From positions 1 through 25,432 of IMG/VR virus record IMGVR_UViG_3300044640_001991: a stretch of 25,432 nucleotides of DNA; one strand, 5' to 3'. The notes beneath the pieces were generated by a model. That model ran no database searches and was not told the origin of the DNA. It saw only the letters and a list, made by a program, of their open reading frames with translations. Position numbers and translations under genes: made by a program. Positions 8,261 through 17,921 of the stretch are shown here, one piece after another (position 1 is the first letter of the stretch; each line of letters begins with the position of its first letter). This DNA is from a virus (lineage: Duplodnaviria > Caudoviricetes).

Positions 8261-10392
8261 GATAAACAGATTATGTCATAAACAATTACTAAGTCTAAAA
8301 CAATTTCTTGTCCTTCTAATGAAGTATTATTTCTACTTGTTTCAATCGTTATTTGATTATTTAATTGGTCTATAGTTACGTTACCCACACCAGGAATACT
8401 TAGTAACAAAGATTTGACTGTGTTGTACCATGTATTATCACTTGGAGCCTGTACCAAAGATGTTGAAGTAAAAAATTCTTGTTGTGCAGTTAGTCCTGCA
8501 GGGTTTACCGACACTTTCGCAGTGAATGTTGCACTAATTAAATCACAACTAGTATTTCCTGTTGTTAAATCAAAGAATCCTTCGTTTAACATTTGTAATA
8601 AACCAAATTTAGTTGGTGACGTAATATTGAATACTTCTGCACCCATTACATATGTTTGATAAGAAGCATAGTTTTTATTACAAGTTATTGTAGCGTTTCT
8701 CGAAAGTGTACATCCGTTAGCATCAACAACAGTTAAACTATATGACCCCCCTGTTAAACCTGTTACTTGTATTTGCTGTGGTTCATTCGGTACGTTGTCC
8801 GACCAATTAAAACTAAACGGTGGTTCACCTGAACTAATAAAGGCAGTTATTTTACCACTATCACCACTACCACAAGATGTTGTGAATAATGAGTAATCTA
8901 ATCGTTGGCTAAATGGTATTAAAATATTTGCAGTTTGAGTACACCCATCAGAATCTGTCACTGAAACGGTATGTGTTCCTGCGGATAAATTATTAAAGGT
9001 TACCGCACTTAAGTTTGTGTCTATCACATTGAAAATTCCGTCAACAGAATAATCCAAAGGCATTGTTCCCCCTGTTGTTGAATAGATGGTAACTTGTCCA
9101 TTATTTTGGTTACAACTTGTTGACACAACGTCTGTAGATATCGTAAATTTATTCTCAGTGATTATTGTTATCTCTTGAATATACGAACATCCCGAATTGT
9201 CAGAAACCGCAACTGTATAAGTTCCACTTCCTAATCCGTCAAATAATTGAGTTGTTTGTGAATTGTTGATGTTTGTTTGTGCTCCTGATGGATAGATTAA
9301 AGTATATGTATAAGGTGTTGTTCCTCCAACAACTGAAATCTGAATTGAGCCATCAGTACTTGAACAAGTTGAATTTTGATTATTTACAGATACTGAAGTT
9401 ATTCCTCCAGGCGTTTGTAAAGTCGTTCCCGCAAATGTCTGACAAAATCCTGCATCAGTTACTTGGAAGTTATAATCTCCCGCAGATAATCCTGATATTG
9501 AGAATGTTCTACCATAAGATATTTCAACATTACCTGTTGAGGCTGAATAGTAAAATGGCGCGGTTCCACCTGTAATGGTTAAACTAATTGACCCATTACT
9601 TTGTAAACATGATGGTGATACTGAAGTTATAAGTCCAAGTCCAATAACGTTAACGTCAGTTACCGACCCTTCCATTGATTTTGTACATCCGTAAGCATCT
9701 GTCACAGCGACTGAATAGTTACCTTTTGTTAACCCTGTAATAGTACTACCCGTTTGACCATCACTCCACAGATAAGTAAAAGGAGCTAACCCTGTTTCCC
9801 CTGTTACGGTAATTTTACCAATAGGTACTCCACCGCAACTAGAGTTAGGAACTACGTACAAACCAAAACTAAACTCTTCAGAAGTATCGATAATAAAACT
9901 TTGTGTTATACCTGAACATCCTCCCAAATCTTCAGCAAGAAGGAAATAGGTACCCGCACTTAATCCCCCAAAAGTAAATTCAGGTGTGTTTGTAACACCA
10001 GATTGAATTAAACTATTATCCATCCCCAACAAATAGAAATTTGTTGACGAATATTGTGATGTTGATGTACCGACAACCGACCCATTATCCGAATTACAAG
10101 TTGTATCTTGTACTGAAAGAATTGACGCACAAACTCCACTCGAAACGGGTACATTAATATAGAATTCTTGGTTGGTAGGTAATGTACTATCGTTAACTCT
10201 GGCGGTATATGTTGACGCAGATAATCCTGTCACTATCGAAGCCCCTGTTGTAACCAAATCAACTTGAGTCAAAGGTGACTGCCATTGTACAGTGTATGGA
10301 GGAGTACCTCCTAATAAGGATAAACTTATAATACCATTATTGGTATTACTACAGTCTCCTGTTATCGATAAGTTATAATCAAATGATGCCAT
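8257..10392 (-). CDS. SprB-like repeat protein (711 aa, 7 modules), putative virion adhesin
   Basis: Seven modules of about 80 aa with the pattern C...NG.I...GGT.PY.Y....GL.AG.Y.V.V.D..GC, matching the SprB repeat of Bacteroidota adhesins. No signal peptide. TAATG overlap with the upstream gene. Confidence 0.85.
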   Translation of the reverse strand: MASFDYNLSITGDCSNTNNGIISLSLLGGTPPYTVQWQSPLTQVDLVTTGASIVTGLSASTYTARVNDSTLPTNQEFYINVPVSSGVCASILSVQDTTCNSDNGSVVGTSTSQYSSTNFYLLGMDNSLIQSGVTNTPEFTFGGLSAGTYFLLAEDLGGCSGITQSFIIDTSEEFSFGLYVVPNSSCGGVPIGKITVTGETGLAPFTYLWSDGQTGSTITGLTKGNYSVAVTDAYGCTKSMEGSVTDVNVIGLGLITSVSPSCLQSNGSISLTITGGTAPFYYSASTGNVEISYGRTFSISGLSAGDYNFQVTDAGFCQTFAGTTLQTPGGITSVSVNNQNSTCSSTDGSIQISVVGGTTPYTYTLIYPSGAQTNINNSQTTQLFDGLGSGTYTVAVSDNSGCSYIQEITIITENKFTISTDVVSTSCNQNNGQVTIYSTTGGTMPLDYSVDGIFNVIDTNLSAVTFNNLSAGTHTVSVTDSDGCTQTANILIPFSQRLDYSLFTTSCGSGDSGKITAFISSGEPPFSFNWSDNVPNEPQQIQVTGLTGGSYSLTVVDANGCTLSRNATITCNKNYASYQTYVMGAEVFNITSPTKFGLLQMLNEGFFDLTTGNTSCDLISATFTAKVSVNPAGLTAQQEFFTSTSLVQAPSDNTWYNTVKSLLLSIPGVGNVTIDQLNNQITIETSRNNTSLEGQEIVLDLVIVYDIICLS

Positions 10393-13379
10393 TAGTTAGC
10401 CTTACAATTTATGCTGATGTTTATTCCTGAATTTAATGATAGAATTTCATCAAGATTTCTATCCGTACACGTTAGACTAGTTATTGTTAAAACATTACCA
10501 TTCAAGTAATACGTATAACCAAAGTCATATAATTGTGGTAGGTATTGAATTAAGGCGTTTCTCCAAGCTCTGTTTGAAGGTACGTCTGTTAAACCATACC
10601 CTGTGTAGAATAGTTCTTGTATAATAATATCACCAGCTATTCGTAAATCAACATACCAATTACTTTCAACCGAATTTTGAATACAATCGTTTAGGGTAAG
10701 TCCACTAGATGCCAACATTGAATTAACTCTGTTTGATAAGATACTATTGAAGTTACTAACCTGAATATCCCCATTCAACCATGGGTATATATTAAAGTCT
10801 GTAAATTCCGTGGTACAGGTGTAATCAAATATGTTTGAAATAATATAACAAGGGTCAACAGGTACTGGTATGAACTGGCATCCTCTTTGTCTTCTATAAA
10901 CAAACTTTTGTTTGTGTAATACAGAGTTTTCCATTCTAACCCCTGTATTCCATATTGTTGTTGCGGGAACCATCTGTTCCACTAACTTCATCCAATAAGG
11001 CCCAATACCATCTACGTAATCAATTAATTTTTGATACGTATACTTGTTATTTGGAATATTGATTGTTTGTTCTTGTTCAATGTACTTCCACCATATTGAC
11101 TGAAGTGTTGGGTACCCACCAGTTTTACCGTCACTAATGTATTGTCTGTTTCTAACATTAATCATATTCTCCCAAAATGTTTGAGAAAATTCAAAGAATG
11201 TTTTCTTTTTTGGTTCTGGCTTAACAAAAGTCCAATCTACTCCACCTGGGACAGGATATCCGACAGTTAAACCTGATTCAGGTATCGGATAGTCATATCT
11301 TTTTGACTGTTCCCAAACGTCATAAACAAGTCCTTGTGATGGATTTAAGAAAAGGTCAACGTTTTTAACGTTTAATACTAATTTTTCATTATCCACATAA
11401 TAGTAGGCGTTATAGTCAGCGTTAGTAGAAACCCTAATTCTATTGTCCTCTTCTAACCATGATTTATTATTATCCACTACTTGAGTTAGTTTAAATCCTT
11501 CAGTCATATAAGGAAAATCTCTAAACCTATCCAAGTAGGGTTGACCATATGAGAATGGAGTTAAGGTTGTTTGAATATCATAGTTTTGACCTGTATAAAC
11601 ACTACCTGTTATTCTAACTTGGTCAGGGCTTCTGTGTTGTGGTGTGACTTCATACCATCCCGCACCTAATTGGAAGAAATAGTCTTCTGTATTTAAAGGT
11701 GCGGCAGGGAACCCTAAAGCATCAATAGGATAATCTTCTAATCTAACATTAACATCTTCGTATGTTGAAGTTGAAGTAAACCCTGAATATATCTTACCTT
11801 TAATTTTATATGTCTCACCAGGTAAAAATGTTGGAGTGTCCTCAACATAGGTTCCTCCCGAAATACTAGCCCATTGAGTATAGAATTGGTCTAAATTAAT
11901 TCTTTGGTCTGCAAGATATATGTGTTCGTTGAATTCAATTAACGATTCAGGAGCACCTATTAATCTCATTAAAAACTCAATCGACCTTCTCGTACCTTTA
12001 GATTTGAATAGATAAGCAGCATTAAGAATTAAGTTTCTATAAAAAGCATAATTTAATTCCGTAGGAGTTAGAGCTCTTGCATAACCAGGGTATGTTGGAG
12101 TTGTTGTATTTCCAAACACAGAACTTAAAAAATCTTCATTTGTAATTGGAGAAAAATTTGAAGTCCATCCTAAAGTTTGAGACAAGTTTACAAGTAATTG
12201 TGATGGAATGTCGTTTGACGGATTATAGTTAACCGAATTCATATATGACAACGCATCAATAAACTGTTTTACTTGGTCAAAACTTCTACCATAAATTTGA
12301 AATATTTTTTCAACTTTTTGTCCTAAGGTGTCAAACTCTTTTAAAGAATCTGTAACTAAAAATCTTGATATTAAATTACTTTTAAAAGAATCTAAATCAA
12401 CGGCAATTGTCTCCAATGTCGTTAAATAATCGTCGAATAAGAAAGACCTAATATCTAAATTCCATCCACCGTCTTTTGGCCATGTTACTTGTTGATACTT
12501 AACATAAAATTCCCCATTTTCAGTTTGAGCGGGTACTTGGAATGCTGCTGTATATTCTGGTCTTACCAATCTATTTAATAAAAATTTTTCAACCTCATCG
12601 AAATCTTCGGAAAATATTTTATCTGTAATTAAGTCGTTTGGTCTTATTTGAAAATTTTCATTGGTTGTTGTTGCGGTAGTACCAAAAGGAGCCCCCGAAA
12701 CATAGAATTGAATAAACCCTGTCGTTAAATTTTCCGATGGTAAGAATGAGACAATATTGTATATGTTATCATTAATACTAACAGAGTAATCTAAGTAAGT
12801 GTTATATAAATTTCTATAAGGAGAAACAAGTATTTCTCTAACCGATAAGTTGGTTGCAGCACTTACTGAGTAATCAATATCAAAAGGATTGTTAATCCTA
12901 TCAACATTCACTTGAAAGTAAGTTTCATCTTCGACAGGGTCGTAAAGAATATTAGTTGCAGTGGCGCCTGTAGTAAAATCCAAGTTAGTGAAAATAACAT
13001 CTAACGCTGCTGGAAAATAATTAATAATTTTTGTAATAGATACTTGAAATCTTTTACTCAACGAACCATACATTGAGAAGTTTAAGACTTGTGACACATC
13101 GTAGTTAGGATAAACCCTAAACTGTGTTGCCATAATTCTTCTACTCTCAGCTAAATCATTAATATTTAAATCACCTAAATTAATAGGTTCAGAAAACGCT
13201 CCAACACTAAAAGTTCTATTAACCTTTTCAACCACTGAAGTTGTGAACTCAAAGTTACCTTGCGTAAGTCCACCACCCTCAACTGTTTGTAATCCTACAA
13301 TATTGTCAGAGAAGGTTGCAGCACCACTACCAGGTCTTGGAGGGTAAAAGTATTTTGTCGTCTTTTGCGTTATCGCCAT
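10392..13379 (-). CDS. Baseplate wedge protein, T4 gp7 / P2 gpI-like core with long extensions (995 aa)
   Basis: DIPSQLLVNLSQTLGW ... YRNLILNAAYLFKSKGTRRSIEFLMRLIG resembles the gpI/gp7 'LL..LA...W ... KGT...I' signature. In the same operon as gp6 and gp25. Confidence 0.7.
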   Translation of the reverse strand: MAITQKTTKYFYPPRPGSGAATFSDNIVGLQTVEGGGLTQGNFEFTTSVVEKVNRTFSVGAFSEPINLGDLNINDLAESRRIMATQFRVYPNYDVSQVLNFSMYGSLSKRFQVSITKIINYFPAALDVIFTNLDFTTGATATNILYDPVEDETYFQVNVDRINNPFDIDYSVSAATNLSVREILVSPYRNLYNTYLDYSVSINDNIYNIVSFLPSENLTTGFIQFYVSGAPFGTTATTTNENFQIRPNDLITDKIFSEDFDEVEKFLLNRLVRPEYTAAFQVPAQTENGEFYVKYQQVTWPKDGGWNLDIRSFLFDDYLTTLETIAVDLDSFKSNLISRFLVTDSLKEFDTLGQKVEKIFQIYGRSFDQVKQFIDALSYMNSVNYNPSNDIPSQLLVNLSQTLGWTSNFSPITNEDFLSSVFGNTTTPTYPGYARALTPTELNYAFYRNLILNAAYLFKSKGTRRSIEFLMRLIGAPESLIEFNEHIYLADQRINLDQFYTQWASISGGTYVEDTPTFLPGETYKIKGKIYSGFTSTSTYEDVNVRLEDYPIDALGFPAAPLNTEDYFFQLGAGWYEVTPQHRSPDQVRITGSVYTGQNYDIQTTLTPFSYGQPYLDRFRDFPYMTEGFKLTQVVDNNKSWLEEDNRIRVSTNADYNAYYYVDNEKLVLNVKNVDLFLNPSQGLVYDVWEQSKRYDYPIPESGLTVGYPVPGGVDWTFVKPEPKKKTFFEFSQTFWENMINVRNRQYISDGKTGGYPTLQSIWWKYIEQEQTINIPNNKYTYQKLIDYVDGIGPYWMKLVEQMVPATTIWNTGVRMENSVLHKQKFVYRRQRGCQFIPVPVDPCYIISNIFDYTCTTEFTDFNIYPWLNGDIQVSNFNSILSNRVNSMLASSGLTLNDCIQNSVESNWYVDLRIAGDIIIQELFYTGYGLTDVPSNRAWRNALIQYLPQLYDFGYTYYLNGNVLTITSLTCTDRNLDEILSLNSGINISINCKAN

Positions 13380-14287
13380 TAGGTTGTTATATTTGTAAAG
13401 TTTTTACTGAAATCAATATTATCATTTCTATTCTGTCTAACCTCATATAACAATGCATTAAATTGGTCTCTAATCTCATACAAGTTGTATTGTCTGTAGA
13501 TATTGTTTTGACTATCGTAGATTGTGTAGATACCATCATCAATAGATTTAGTTTGATTACCGTAAAGAGCAATTGCAAGAGATGATATATCGTATTCAAC
13601 CATTTCTACTTCTAACGTTATTGGATTGAAGAACGTATTAGTAATAATAATGTCTTGATTCGGCTGCCCAATAAATGGAGTTGCGTTTGGTTTGTTTGTT
13701 GGTGAAGATGATGGTGATAGTGTTAAGAAAATAAGATTTGAATCTCCATCAACATATCTATATCTAATTGATTTTTGAGTCGTATTAACTTCATTAGTTA
13801 CAACAGGTTCACAATAGAAACTTGAAGTTACAACTCTAAAAAAGTTAGGTATTTTGGAACCGTCAGGATTTAAGTATTCAATTCTGAATCCAACAAGCCC
13901 TTGAGGTACAAACTTGTTTTGGTATTCTGTTGGTACGTTAGTAATATCAATTATAATACCTTTTACGTTTGGTAACGCACTTAAAACACCACAATCAGTG
14001 ATTACAGTTCTTATTTGGGCTGGTCTTATGTATAATGTGTAGATACCTAAAGCATTAAATTGATTTGCAGGTAATGTTAGATTATATAATCCTCCTAATA
14101 CTTCAACTCCTGCATTTCCACCTGTCTCAGTATTATTGAAATAAGGTCTAAGTAAAGTCTGTGCATCCAATTGCGTAAGCACGAACTGGTCTGTCACATC
14201 CCTTGTTGGAGTGTAGTTCATGATAATCTCAACATCTTGTGGTGAGACATCTGATGGTCTTATTGTACCGTATGAGCCTATTGCCAT
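13379..14287 (-). CDS. Hypothetical phage structural protein (302 aa)
   Basis: Long ORF, TAATG-coupled to the gp7-like gene and preceded by the 20-bp conserved motif. No family recognised. Confidence 0.8.
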   Translation of the reverse strand: MAIGSYGTIRPSDVSPQDVEIIMNYTPTRDVTDQFVLTQLDAQTLLRPYFNNTETGGNAGVEVLGGLYNLTLPANQFNALGIYTLYIRPAQIRTVITDCGVLSALPNVKGIIIDITNVPTEYQNKFVPQGLVGFRIEYLNPDGSKIPNFFRVVTSSFYCEPVVTNEVNTTQKSIRYRYVDGDSNLIFLTLSPSSSPTNKPNATPFIGQPNQDIIITNTFFNPITLEVEMVEYDISSLAIALYGNQTKSIDDGIYTIYDSQNNIYRQYNLYEIRDQFNALLYEVRQNRNDNIDFSKNFTNITT

Positions 14288-14296
14288 TTTGTCTTA

Positions 14297-14316
14297 TTTA
14301 ATTTATAAATAGTTTA
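14297..14316 (-). promoter_or_regulatory. 20-bp upstream element TAAACTATTTATAAATTAAA, candidate late promoter
   Basis: Identical to 23010-23029. Ends 9 nt before the ATG at 14287. Confidence 0.65.
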
Positions 14317-14330
14317 GTTCTTTTTTTCAT

Positions 14331-15419
14331 TTACGTTCTTTCTTTATTAATAACATTAAAAAATCCGTAACCATAATTTATCATGTCTCCTAAGTTATCA
14401 ACCTCACCTATTCTCATCACCCTTTCATACGCACTATTCTTACCTCTCTCAATAAAAACGTCAGTTTGTATTTGAGCTTGGTCAACAACTTTCAATAAAA
14501 CTTCGTCTTTTGTTATTGGACTTGCCTGTAAATTGTTTTGAGTCAATCCTGAAGATTCTTGGAAGAATATTGTTGTACCATCTGTATAGTCATAATAATC
14601 AACACCTGTTATAGTGTAAGCAGTAAATGTTGGATTCATGTTGGAAATTGCTCCCCATATTTGTCCATTAGCAATTACGGGTACCCCTACTTGGAACTTA
14701 GGTGACCCGTACTGAGCCAATTCGTTCACCCTTGACTTGGTCAATCCTGAAACTGTAAATGGGATTGTAACGTAGTTAATCGATGTTTGAGCCGATACCA
14801 CGTTAACAGCATCTCCTGAAAATATATAATCATACGATACTGGTGTTCCTATCCAGTTACCTGACGAAGGAGCAAAAAACGCCTCTCCTTTTGGGTTATA
14901 AATTGTTGGGTTAGTGAACGGAGTACTTATTTTTTTAGAAACTTTTGTCACTCCCCATGGATTTGTTTGTTCCAAGGTTATTGTGTATTCACGAGTCGCA
15001 GATGCGTATGTATGATTAAGAGTGTTCGGTGTGTACCCCGTTATTATTTGTTTTGGAGTGTTATCACCCCAATCAACTCTATAAGATGATAGGTTTAAAA
15101 ACTTTTGGAACTCGTCTGAAGTATTGTAGATATTGTATACGTATGGGTTTGCCGTTGTGGATGAAAATATAAAATTTGCAACTACATTTTTCTGTAATAC
15201 CGCTCCGTCAAATGGACTATAGTATCCCGCATCGACAGCGGTTTGTCTGAACAATAATGGGACACTTAAGTTTGTTAATAATGAAGCCCCGTTTGGACCC
15301 GAACTAACAACTTTGGTCATAGCAGAATACACCCCAACAGAAGTTCCATCGTAATTAACGACGGATAAATCTCTTGCAACGTTTTCAGGCGATACCGTTA
15401 TTTTATAATAATCTGACAT
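14331..15419 (-). CDS. Hypothetical structural protein with a PKD-like domain (362 aa)
   Basis: YRVDWGDNT...LNHTY....EYTITL fits the PKD-type 'W(D)FGDG...HTY...G.Y.V.L' pattern. Confidence 0.75.
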   Translation of the reverse strand: MSDYYKITVSPENVARDLSVVNYDGTSVGVYSAMTKVVSSGPNGASLLTNLSVPLLFRQTAVDAGYYSPFDGAVLQKNVVANFIFSSTTANPYVYNIYNTSDEFQKFLNLSSYRVDWGDNTPKQIITGYTPNTLNHTYASATREYTITLEQTNPWGVTKVSKKISTPFTNPTIYNPKGEAFFAPSSGNWIGTPVSYDYIFSGDAVNVVSAQTSINYVTIPFTVSGLTKSRVNELAQYGSPKFQVGVPVIANGQIWGAISNMNPTFTAYTITGVDYYDYTDGTTIFFQESSGLTQNNLQASPITKDEVLLKVVDQAQIQTDVFIERGKNSAYERVMRIGEVDNLGDMINYGYGFFNVINKERT

Positions 15420-15421
15420 TC

Positions 15422-16243
15422 TTATTGATTTACATATTCATACCATTTTATGGGTAAATTTGTCCCTAATCTTTGACCGTAAGTGTTAAACACTTGATAT
15501 GTTTGTGTTGGATAATCTAATTTAACTTTGTAGTATAATAATTGAGTACCATCAAACGAGTACTTATTTTCCATTAGAGCTTGTGGTCCTTCAGTCAGGT
15601 CAAATGGTGTGGTCCCTCTTCCAGTCATCATAGTTGTAAACTGACCTGTCTTGGCGTTATAGAATTTGGCACTCATATAGAATGTGTCAATGTCTAAAAA
15701 TGTTCTTTTCTTTAACCAATAAAGAAAGAAACCTTCTTTATCTCCAACATAGTCTAATATAAATTCAGGTTTTTTAATCGACACTAATGTTCTTTGCATT
15801 TGAGCATCCATCTTCAACCCCTGTTGTGTTGGTAAAATTACTGTTAGGTAATTTGTTTGTTTTTTGTCATCAGGAGTATCGTAAAAATCTAATTTAAAAA
15901 ATGAGTTAGTGAAATTGTTTTCATAGTAATAAACCTCTTGAGGTGTAAACCCTTCACTTAGGTAATTAACTCTCCAATTGTTAATATCACTCATTGAACC
16001 TCCTGAATAGAAATAAAACTCGTAATTAATCTCTGTATTGTTTGTTGTTCCTGTGGCAGGTGCGTGTGCAAACCTTGATATTTCAAAATCGCGTCCAACC
16101 CCAATAACTTCCGTTATTACTTCTTTTTCGTACTCTTGAATTGCCATATCTAATCCCAAGTAGTCCCACTTAAGTTCTACAGGAATATTGATTTGCTTGT
16201 CAGTATCTCCGTCTTGTCTAATTACAAATTTATTCACACTCAT
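15422..16243 (-). CDS. Hypothetical structural protein (about 273 aa)
   Basis: The ORF track starts at TTG 16246; the adjacent ATG at 16243 is more likely. Overlaps the upstream stop. Aromatic-rich (SFFKLDFYDTPD). No family recognised. Confidence 0.8.
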   Translation of the reverse strand: MSVNKFVIRQDGDTDKQINIPVELKWDYLGLDMAIQEYEKEVITEVIGVGRDFEISRFAHAPATGTTNNTEINYEFYFYSGGSMSDINNWRVNYLSEGFTPQEVYYYENNFTNSFFKLDFYDTPDDKKQTNYLTVILPTQQGLKMDAQMQRTLVSIKKPEFILDYVGDKEGFFLYWLKKRTFLDIDTFYMSAKFYNAKTGQFTTMMTGRGTTPFDLTEGPQALMENKYSFDGTQLLYYKVKLDYPTQTYQVFNTYGQRLGTNLPIKWYEYVNQ

Positions 16244-17921
16244 CAATTAACGGTTTAAATGAGAAGTCACTCTGAACCTCGTTATAGTTTATTCCTTCAG
16301 GTATTAATCTAAACACAACATTTTGAAATGGATAATGTGCTGTATTAAAAAATGGATAATCTACCCCTAACCCTGTGTTATCTTTAAACCCATAACTAAA
16401 CAAATCTCTCCATCTAAACTGTTCGTCTGATGAAGAATAAAATGCCCAATTTGGAACTTGGTCTAAGAACCCTACTCCTCCTGTTTCAACATAATCGGAG
16501 AATACTCTTAGAGTCATTGGGTTATGTGGTTTATAATAATATCCTGGCGCATTGTTAGTTGGGACCGTAGTTGTTGCAAATACAGTTTGGTTGAACTTCA
16601 TTTTGTGATAATATGGTGACACGGTTCTTTCTATTTGTTCGTAGTTGTTCCACTCACAGAAGTCCCCATCCATAATGTCATCCTTTTTCAAATCCAAATT
16701 ATAGAAGAAACTTTTGGTTTGACCATTAGTTAAAGTATACCCTGAAACAGGAATTGATGTGTTTGATTTTTGGTTATTATTACTCCACCACGGATTTACA
16801 ACTTTAGATAAATTAAATCCCCACCCTTGTTTTAATCCAATACCATCAAAAGGCATATTAAAATACCCTGAAAACCCTTTATTTACGATTGTCAGATTAA
16901 TCTCAGATAATGGTCTCATTTGGTTGTCTCTATATCCCGCCAAATCAATGTCATAATTTGATGTGAAGTTGTAAGCATTACTACTAGATTTCTGAGAAAC
17001 TCTTGTAACGTTATTTGGAGTAATAGAACTATACTCTAACTTCATTTGTTCCCCAAAAACATTCTTTTCAAAACCAACTTTAGTAACCGCTAAGTCAGTT
17101 AGATTAGTTAAAACTTTATATTGTTTAACATAATATTCTGACCTTGTTTCCGTTAAATTATCAGGATTAAGTACTCTTTTAAAAGTACCTGTGGTGCCAT
17201 TATTAAATGTCGTACCCGTATATCCAATATTCAACACATTAAATGTGTATACATCCGTACCAAATAATCCAGTTCCTAACGAATACACTTGGAAGATGTT
17301 TGAATTTCTATAAGTTAATGATAACTCAACATATTCGTTTGGAGTTAATCCGTGAGGAGCAACACAAGTAAATGAAATTAACCCATTACCATTTTGTGAT
17401 GTATTTGTTATTGTAAACGCAATACCATCACTCGCCTTCCAAGTAATGTCGTTAGAGTTACTTGAATAATATGTTAATTCCTTATCATAATTATTATCTG
17501 ATGGATAGGTTAAATAGTATGTCCAATTGTACGTATATGCACTTTTGGCTTTGTACTGAAAATGTTGGTCTCCGACATCAGGTCTATAAAAATCAAACTC
17601 GTAGTATTGTGGAAATCCTTTCCAAATACCACTTTGTTTAGAAGCCTCGGGTGATGTGTAATAAAGATTATCTCTAAATGGTATATAACCTGTGGTACCA
17701 GTATAAGCGTTGTCGTACAAATAAGTAACTTTAAAAGTAGGTCTAAAAATAGTACAAGCCTGTCTTTCGTCGTCATATACTTGAGCAAGGTTAACCGTTG
17801 CACTTCTGTCGTATTCAGTAATTTCCTGACTTTGTTCATCAAGATTTATCGAAATTTTTTGATTGACAGATGGTGCCCCTTTATACCTTAAACCGCTTGG
17901 AACTATTGTATACTTATTCAT
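16230..17921 (-). CDS. Hypothetical structural protein (563 aa)
   Basis: 8-bp overlap with the upstream gene. Contains FTCVAPHGLTPNEYVEL, a 'T..HGL..G(D/E).V.I'-type beta-domain motif common in phage structural proteins. Confidence 0.8.
   Translation of the reverse strand: MNKYTIVPSGLRYKGAPSVNQKISINLDEQSQEITEYDRSATVNLAQVYDDERQACTIFRPTFKVTYLYDNAYTGTTGYIPFRDNLYYTSPEASKQSGIWKGFPQYYEFDFYRPDVGDQHFQYKAKSAYTYNWTYYLTYPSDNNYDKELTYYSSNSNDITWKASDGIAFTITNTSQNGNGLISFTCVAPHGLTPNEYVELSLTYRNSNIFQVYSLGTGLFGTDVYTFNVLNIGYTGTTFNNGTTGTFKRVLNPDNLTETRSEYYVKQYKVLTNLTDLAVTKVGFEKNVFGEQMKLEYSSITPNNVTRVSQKSSSNAYNFTSNYDIDLAGYRDNQMRPLSEINLTIVNKGFSGYFNMPFDGIGLKQGWGFNLSKVVNPWWSNNNQKSNTSIPVSGYTLTNGQTKSFFYNLDLKKDDIMDGDFCEWNNYEQIERTVSPYYHKMKFNQTVFATTTVPTNNAPGYYYKPHNPMTLRVFSDYVETGGVGFLDQVPNWAFYSSSDEQFRWRDLFSYGFKDNTGLGVDYPFFNTAHYPFQNVVFRLIPEGINYNEVQSDFSFKPLIDECE

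Noticed and set aside
6174-14327. GTTCTTTTTTT repeated at 6174-6184 and 14317-14327
   Set aside because: Low-complexity 11-mer at different distances from the start codons; probably just A-rich leader sequence.
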